Source: Macrostomum lignano
Taxonomy: Eukaryota
Direction: 5' to 3'
DNA length: 64,000 nucleotides
Assembly: GCA_002269645.1 (NCBI GenBank)
Contig: NIVC01001066.1
Location: forward strand, 62,001 to 126,000
In this document: in pieces, positions 47,307-64,000 of the stretch
How the letters are laid out: each line of letters begins with the position of its first letter
How positions within the stretch are numbered: the first letter of the stretch is position 1
The notes under the pieces: model-generated
Told to the model about the DNA's origin: nothing
Database searches by the model: none
The model's input: only the letters and a program-made list of their open reading frames with translations
Made by a program: the position numbers and the translations under genes

Positions 47307-49066
47307 GGCTTAAGGATTACTGTAGTAGGATGACGCAATTGATTTGAAAATTGCAACTTCGCTTCAATGTGCAACTAAAGGTGATTATTTACTATTATAG
47401 AGGTCCGAAAAACAATGCTAATTGGATCAAAAACATGGAACAATTCCAATGCATCTTGTCTTAATATTAACAATAATATTAACAGCGGTCAGAGAAGCGT
47501 GATCGTCACTATAGGTGAGGCTGGATATAACAGGGACGGAACAGACTCTCTGGTAATGATGCAACCGCGTAACTTTTTGCTCCCGGCTAAACACCTATTA
47601 GTAGAGCTTGTAAAAGCATGCAGTCGAGCGATCTGCCTAATATATGGTGACAAAATGCGAACTGACGGCCAACGACTCGAAACTGCGGAACAGCAGCCGA
47701 TGACTAATGACTCTACTTTCTCCGTCACTTTTCCCCTCCGGCCGAGGATGTCCACTCTGGCTTCATCAACTAGCTCTTATCGATTACGTCACTCAATAAT
47801 TCAGCGGTCGCGGATCATGGGTGCATTAGAAGCGTAAGCTTGCGTGGAAACACTCCAGATTTGGGAGCAGTTCCGCATGGCAGAGAAGATCGGTCATCCT
47901 AGTTAGAAACTGGGATACAAGAGTCGAGAGAATTTTTTAACACATTTTTCAGGGAAGAACAAACTGCCTACCCGCGAAGACCGGGTAAGGATTTACGTGT
48001 AGCCGGTAAGGCCGCTGATGACTGCGCGACTGTTGGATCTGTTCAGGCGAATAGCGGTAGAAAGCTGGCGCGTTAACTGGGCTGTCTGTCAGTTTGTGTT
48101 TCTCTACTATCCACTGCAAGGCGGGACCAGATCTTATACTAACTGCATGCTATGCAGAATAGCGTCAGCTGCTGCATGCCGTACAGGTATTAAAGAGAAA
48201 CATCAAACAAATATGCAAAATAAATAATCGAAATAGGCATGAAAGTAGAACAGGGAATGCATTGAAGGAATGTTACAGAAAAAGTTAGAGATGCTTGGCT
48301 ATGCAAACAGGATTTCAACTTTGAGTTACATAAGCCTAAAGCAGCTGCAAGAGCCAGCTTGACGACTACAAGTTCATCGTTTATTTCTAATTTTCAAGCA
48401 GTTTAGATATAAAATTGGTTCAGGCATTCAGGCTGTAGACTGAAATACCGGTCAAATCTTAGAGATTTAGTATATTGTGATTCTACAGGCATCTGGCACA
48501 ACCAGAAATATTTCCATCAACCATATCCTCTGCTGGTTGTACCACATCTACGAGCGCTCGTACATGTACCTCGTATTACCTTTTCGCACGAAATGTAAAA
48601 GCAGAATTTGTGGTATGACATGAGGGTTCAAGCTCTTGAAAATCGTTATCACTATAAAATTATTGACTATAAATTAAAAGGAAGCAAAAGGCAAAACATT
48701 CGAACACAAGAACAAGAAAGTTTACACTAAATTTCCGGGTTTAAAATAGAACACATAAAAACAAAGTAACTGTGTGCTGGTGAAAATCTAAAAATTACAA
48801 TGTAAAAAACTTTTGAAAATTATTTTAAAACGTTTTATTTCTGACTGAAGTGTAAGTGATTCATAAGACTATCAAGCAGAGTTAGCATTCTTTGCCGTTT
48901 TTAGTTTCGAATCTTGCCAAAGTTTATTTTTTAACTTTAGTTTTACATCGCTATATAATAACCAGAATTGATTTTTCGTCAACTATTTTCAATTGAGGTT
49001 GAAGTTGAAGTGAATTAAAAGAATTGAAGTGAGGTTGAAGGACTCAATCCTGCTGCACATTAGCAA

Positions 49067-53007
<3,941 letters not shown>

Positions 53008-53102
53008 AATGATGGCTGAGTTGCTGCGAACTGAAGAGACTCTCCGAGCATGGGCTTGTGTTTTGATAATCTCGAAAAAAGTCACGTGCTCTCGTATGGC
53101 CT

Positions 53103-53876
53103 TCCTGACCCAGAGATGTCCATTCCTGACCTAGTGGTGTCTCTATTCCTGACCCACAGATGTCTCTATTTCTGACCCACAACTGTCTCTATTCCTGACC
53201 CACAACTGTCTCAATTCCTGACCCACAACTGTCTTTATTCCTGACCTACAACTGTCTCTATTCCTGACCCACAACTGTCTCTATTCCTGACACACTGATG
53301 TCTATTCCTGACCCACAGGTGTCCATTCCTGACCCACAGCTGTCTCTACTCCTGACCCAGAGATGTCCATTCCTGACCTAGTGGTGTCTCTATTCCTGAC
53401 CCACAGATGTCTCTATTTCTGACCCACAACTGTCTCTATTCCTGACCCACAACTGTCTCAATTCCTGACCCACAACTGTCTTTATTCCTGACCTACAACT
53501 GTCTCTATTCCTGACCCACAACTGTCTCTATTCCTGACACACTGATGTCTATTCCTGACCCACAACTGTCTCTATTCCTGACACACTGATGTCTATTCCT
53601 GACCCACAACTGTCTCTATTCCTGACACACTGATGTCTATTCCTGACCCACAGGTGTCCATTCCTGACCCACAGCTGTCTCTACTCCTGACCCAGAGATG
53701 TCCATTCCTGACCTAGTGGTGTCTCTATTCCTGACCCACAACTGTCTCTATTCCTGACCCACAACTGTCTCTATTCCTGACCCACAACTGTCTCTATTTC
53801 TGACCCATAACTGTCTCTATTTCTGACCCACAACTGTCTCTATTCCTGACACACTGATGTCTATTCCTGACCCACA
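53103..53876. repeat. 23-bp minisatellite (tcctgacccacaactgtctctat)
   Basis: Visible array starting about 100 bp after the BBS5 stop codon. Confidence 0.92.
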
Positions 53877-54640
53877 GTAGTGCATGCCGACCCAACTCCT
53901 TGGCCCTTTTACATATTTTAAAGCTAACAAAACCCCAGGGGCCTGCCCAACATGTTGCAAAGAAAGCATTTTGCTTTTTTGTTTTTGTTTTAATGATCAA
54001 TGGCATATATAATTTTGAAATATTAAAAATGACTATCTATTTGTATTAATCATTTTTGGTAGTTGTCTACAGCAGTGCCTTGGAATCAGCTTCCATGTTT
54101 CTTTATTTAGCTACAGACTGAATTCCTGTAGACTATTGTATCTTTTATTTAGCTAGCCTTGCACCTTACTAGAAATCTAGTAGCTACCTATCTTCCATAA
54201 CTGACTACTCATTCATAAGTAGCTGATATTAACGATGAGATGCATGAAATAAATGGTGATTACAATTTTTGCAACAAAGGCGGCTGAATCAAAAAGCTCG
54301 TTGGAATTCTTTTCTGATTTTTTTTCGACTGGATAAAGTTGGTTTCAATGCAAGTGAGTACAGCGAACTCGTGTCACTCGAAAAATGCTCACAACGTTCC
54401 AACAGCAAAACGCACTTTGCTTGAATTCTTTGTGCAAGAATTTGAATATTCTTTGTAAAGGAATTAACTGCACCAATCTCTGTCACTTCCTCCAGTGTCC
54501 CATTGAGCGGCTGTTAATTTTAGCATTAATTCATCATTGAGGAACAGTCAAGGGAAATGCTTTCTTGCCAGCTTTTTACAATTGCGAATCAGTTGAGTGA
54601 CAGTTGCTGTCCACTTGCTTCCGAGCATAAAGTTCTGAGT

Positions 54641-54976
<336 letters not shown>

Positions 54977-56157
54977 CAGTCTCTGCGGTCATTGCAAGTC
55001 TTGCACAGAATGGCATACACCACATTCCTGGAGTCACAGCGGACTTTTTGACAAATTTTGTAAATCATTTTTGTAGCGCTGGACCCTAAACAAACTTGGC
55101 CAAAATTCCCGTGCTCTCTGCAAGGACGGCAGCTTAGATTGCCACAATCCTGGAAGCCGAACTCCCACCGACCATCAATGTAGAGGCCCAGCTGGATGAG
55201 GGCAGATTTTTAGAATCCCTGATTAAGCGGACAGAATAACCTTGTTTCTTCAGGATGCTTGTTAAGCTGCTGCTGGCCTCATCGAAGTCTTCTTTAAATG
55301 TGCAACGGCGAGCGTAACGGAGGAACTGAGATTTCAGTATACCTTTGAAAGTGTGCTTTGGGTGAAAAGACCCCGGATTTAAAAGCTGGCGTGAATCGGT
55401 GGGTTTGAAGTAGATTGAGCACGAAAGTCTCTTGTTGTTGCCTTCGTCAGTCAGACTGACACAGCAGTCCAGGAAGTGAACCTTCTCTCTGCTGTATTGC
55501 ATCGTGAGTCGGATGTTGCAATCGAACTCATTCAGATGCTTGTGCATCTCCTTTAGTTCGTCTTCAGTGCCGACGAAGACCATAAAAATGTCGTCAATGT
55601 AGCGCTTGAAGAAACGAGGGGTAAACGGAGCAGTTTCTAAAGCTTTGGATTCCCAGGCAGACATAAATATGTTGGCGTAGGATGGCGCAAAGGCCTTTCC
55701 CATGCTTGTGCCTTTGATTTGAAGGTAGCGCGCGAACAAACTCTGGGCGAATTGTTCATCAAATTCGCACGGCCATTTCGAACCACGCTGCAGAGCTGGA
55801 TACGGTGGCTGCCTATACTCGCTCACGCTCATTAAAGGACATTCTATGTCCATCCAATCTGCCCGCCGTAACTAATGGTCAGGCGCGAAACTCAAACCTC
55901 TTTTCAGATGAGCACTACATGTACAGATGTACACACGCGTTGCAACGTGCCCGCCAACCATATTGATTATTTTATTTTATTCGCGTCTTTCTATACTCAC
56001 TATAAATATTTAACTCTGTTTTAATTTGCCCTTTTTTCACAGTTTTTATTTACAATATACCCTGACGAAGACCCTGTTTAGGTCGAAAATTCGGTTCTTT
56101 TCTTAGAATTAAAGAAATTGTGAATTTGCTTCAACTGTGTGCGTGGTTTCATTTCGC

Positions 56158-56160
<3 letters not shown>
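54977..56160 (-). mobile_element. Penelope-like retroelement (PLE) fragment, unit 1: truncated RT-thumb-Cys linker-start of GIY-YIG on minus, fused to an inverted 3' end (pLTR) on plus
   Basis: Minus 55727-54977: 'YLQIKGTSMGKAFAPSYANIFM', 'RYIDDIF' (55601-55590), 'VHFLD', 'YFKPTD', 'HPKHTFKGILKSQFLRYARRC'. After a frameshift near 55207 it continues 'CGNLSCRPC...CDSRNVVYAILCKTC'. Plus 55730-56160: 'AAYTRSRSLKDIL', stop, T-rich UTR and hammerhead. Confidence 0.92.
56059..56095 (+). ncRNA. Minimal type I hammerhead ribozyme (PLE-associated), copy 1
   Basis: acc-CTGACGA-a-GACC(ctgttta)GGTC-GAA-AATT-C-ggt: stem I acc/ggt, conserved core, 4-bp stem II, loop-less palindromic stem III (AATT), predicted cleavage 3' of C56092. 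Confidence 0.8.
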
Positions 56161-60430
<4,270 letters not shown>

Positions 60431-61642
60431 TCTCAAGTCAAGTGAAAGAGAAGTCAGTTAGTCGGCAATAACAACATTAACAAAAATAGAGTATATTGGA
60501 TTTAGTACATCAGAAGATTTATCCTCCAAGGTAGTGCAGTAGGGTGAGCTACACCCACATTATAGCGTTACCAGCGCAAACTTTCTAGTCAAAGATGGAG
60601 AGTGCAGGTGATTGGCCTCGGTTTGAGTCGTGAGCTGTGCACCAATGAAGGCACTGAGGAAGATGAGAAGACGGCTAACAAAGACAACTGAAGCATATCG
60701 TGATTATTTTGAACACCGAACTATTTGATGGAACACAAATGTCGGTGATAAAGCAGCCTGACTCATTATTGATTACAAGTGTGAGCTGAAATTCGTCTCT
60801 TCAAGAAAGGGTTTGCATAAGCGTAAAACAAATGGCGTGTGATATCGGTGGTGAAAACTGGCAGACAAGAATGAGTGTGACCGACGGGAGAGTGAAAAAC
60901 AAGAAAGTGACAGACAGGAGAGTGACAGACAGAAGAGTGACAGACAGGAGAGTGACAGACAGGAGAGTGACAGACAGAAGAGTGACAGACAGAAGAGTGA
61001 CAGACAGGAAGTAACAGACAGAAGAGTGACAGACAGGAGAGTGATAGACAGAAGAGTGACAGACAGGAGAGTGACAGACAGGAGAGTAACAGACAGAAGA
61101 GTGACAGACAGGAAGAGTGACAGACAGGAGAGTGAAAGGCAGAAGAGCAGAAGAGTGACAGACAGGAGAGTGACAGACAGGAGAGTGACAGACAGGAGAG
61201 TGACAGACAGGAGAGTGACCGACAGGAGAGTGAAGACAGGAGAGTGACAGACAGGAGGTGACCGACAGGAGAGTGACAGACAGGAGAGTGACAGACGACA
61301 GGAGAGTGACAGACAGGAGAGTGACAGACAGGAGAGTGACAGACAGGAGAGTGACAGACAGGAGAGTGACAGACAGGAGAGTGACAGACAGGAGAGTGAA
61401 AGGCAGAAGAGCAGAAGAGTGACAGACAGGAGAGTGACAGACAGGAGAGTGACAGACAGAAGAGTGACAGACAGAAGAGTGACAGACAGGAGAGTGACAG
61501 ACAGGAGAGTGACAGGCAGGAGAGTGACAGGCAGGAGAGTGACAGACAGAGAGTGACAGGCAGAAGAGTGACAGACACGATAGTGACAGAAAGAGGGAGA
61601 TGATGAGAAGCAGTGGCAGTTGTGAGTCCAGCTCGCGCTAAC

Positions 61643-61676
<34 letters not shown>

Positions 61677-61677
61677 C

Positions 61678-61719
<42 letters not shown>

Positions 61720-62921
61720 CATCTATCTATCATCTCAAGTCAAGTGAAAGAGAAGTCCAGTTATTCGGCAATAACAACATTAACAAAAATAGAGTATATT
61801 GGATTTAGTACATCAGAAGATTTATCCTCCAAGGTAGTGCAGTAGGGTGAGCTACACCCACATTATAGCGTTACCAGCGCAAACTTTCTAGTCAAGATGG
61901 AGAGTGCAGGGTGATTGGCCTCGGTTTGAGTCGTGAGCTGTGCACCAAATGAAGGCACTGAGGAAGATGAGAAGACGGCTAACAAAGACAACTGAAGCAT
62001 ATCGTGATTATTTTGAACACCGAACTATTTGATGGACACCAAATGTCGGTGATAAAGCAGCCTGACTCATTATTGATTACAAGTGTGAGCTGAAATTCGT
62101 CTTCTTCAAGAAAGGGTTTGCATAAGCGTAAAACAAATGGCGTGTGATATCGGTGGTGAAAACTGGCAGACAAGAATGAGTGTGACCGACGGGAGAGTGA
62201 AAAACAAGAAAGTGACAGACAGGAGAGTGACAGACAGAAGAGTGACAGACAGGAGAGTGACAGACAGGAGAGTGACAGACAGAAGAGTGACAGACAGAAG
62301 AGTGACAGACAGGAGAGTAACAGACAGAAGAGTGACAGACAGGAGAGTGATAGACAGAAGAGTGACAGACAGGAGAGTGACAGACAGGAGAGTAACAGAC
62401 AGAAGAGTGACAGACAGGAGAGTGACAGACAGGAGAGTGAAAGGCAGAAGAGCAGAAGAGTGACAGACAGGAGAGTGACAGACAGGAGAGTGACAGACAG
62501 GAGAGTGACAGACAGGAGAGTGACCGACAGGAGAGTGACAGACAGGAGAGTGACAGACAGGAGAGTGACCGACAGGAGAGTGACAGACAGGAGAGTGACA
62601 GACAGGAGAGTGACAGACAGGAGAGTGACAGACAGGAGAGTGACAGACAGGAGAGTGACAGACAGGAGAGTGAAAGGCAGAAGAGCAGAAGAGTGACAGA
62701 CAGGAGAGTGACAGACAGGAGAGTGACAGACAGAAGAGTGACAGACAGAAGAGTGACAGACAGGAGAGTGACAGACAGGAGAGTGACAGGCAGGAGAGTG
62801 ACAGGCAGGAGAGTGACAGACAGGAGAGTGACAGGCAGAAGAGTGACAGACACGATAGTGACAGAAAGAGGTATAGATGATGAGAAGCAGTGGGCAGTTG
62901 TGAGTCCAGCTCGCGCTAACC
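60431..62921. repeat. Tandem duplication of a ~1.3 kb unit (60431-61643 and 61733-62921), each containing a 15-bp minisatellite (agtgacagacaggag)
   Basis: Unique sequence from 'tctcaagtcaagtgaaagagaag' to 'gctcgcgctaacc' occurs twice, 1302 nt apart, with small indel differences. Confidence 0.9.
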
Positions 62922-63383
62922 GAGTGAAATCAAACTAAATGATTTTATTGAAGCCCCACATTATTATAGTCGTAGTCTTTAAACAGGCAAGTAAAATAAA
63001 TGATTCTATAGACTTGAAATACATAAAAGATTTGAAAAATAATATCTTTAGTCTACATATACTACTAACTTACTGTTAGTTGAGTTTAAAGTACATTTTA
63101 TCACAGCTATCACAGTCAGCCATCAAATTTGAGTAGAAAAGTTATTAATCAGATATGACAGAAGAGAAATTATTCATAAAAACAAAATTAACTATTACAA
63201 GTCAAGATTAATAATAAGAATAGCATAATTTGACAAATTTGGTAAGTAGTATAGCAGAGAATTGGAATAGAGACTAATACATGTACGCCTATGCTGTTTA
63301 TAGCCTTGTAGGAGATCAGATAAAGTACAGGCAAAAACAGCTAGATGAGAGAAATACTTCAGTCGGATTCGTGAGTCAGGTAC

Positions 63384-64000
<617 letters not shown>

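Noticed and set aside
55730-55853. N-terminal part of the 239-aa 'RT' ORF (MDIECPL...FAR)
   Set aside because: Antisense read-through of the inverted plus-strand 3' end, not RT sequence.

Overview
Eukaryotic (animal) genomic DNA. GC-rich exons with poly-Q/A/G tracts, spliceosomal GT-AG introns and very dense mini/microsatellites resemble a free-living flatworm such as Macrostomum; this is an inference, not shown by the sequence. By manual splicing I can rebuild four genes: a 9-exon PH-domain/coiled-coil gene (PLEKHA5/6/7-like, minus, 8668-15534), a 6-exon SLC26 anion transporter (minus, 19907-27899), a single-exon LRR-Ig transmembrane receptor (minus, 38062-40050) and BBS5 (plus, 49067-53007, with one damaged-looking exon). 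Two exons of an unidentified minus-strand gene lie at the right edge. Mobile DNA includes two copies of a tRNA-derived SINE, two copies of a hAT-type MITE (one with a perfect 8-bp TSD), a degenerate LINE remnant and a foldback-like inverted repeat. The most notable element is a tandemly duplicated Penelope-like retroelement unit embedded in (TCTA)n microsatellite. Each unit has an inverted (minus RT / plus 3' end) structure and carries a minimal type I hammerhead ribozyme with a loop-less palindromic stem III, the type known to cleave as dimers; the two ribozymes lie 2277 nt apart on the same strand. Most long ORFs in the supplied track are artefacts of tandem repeats. Repeat boundaries are approximate, read by eye.
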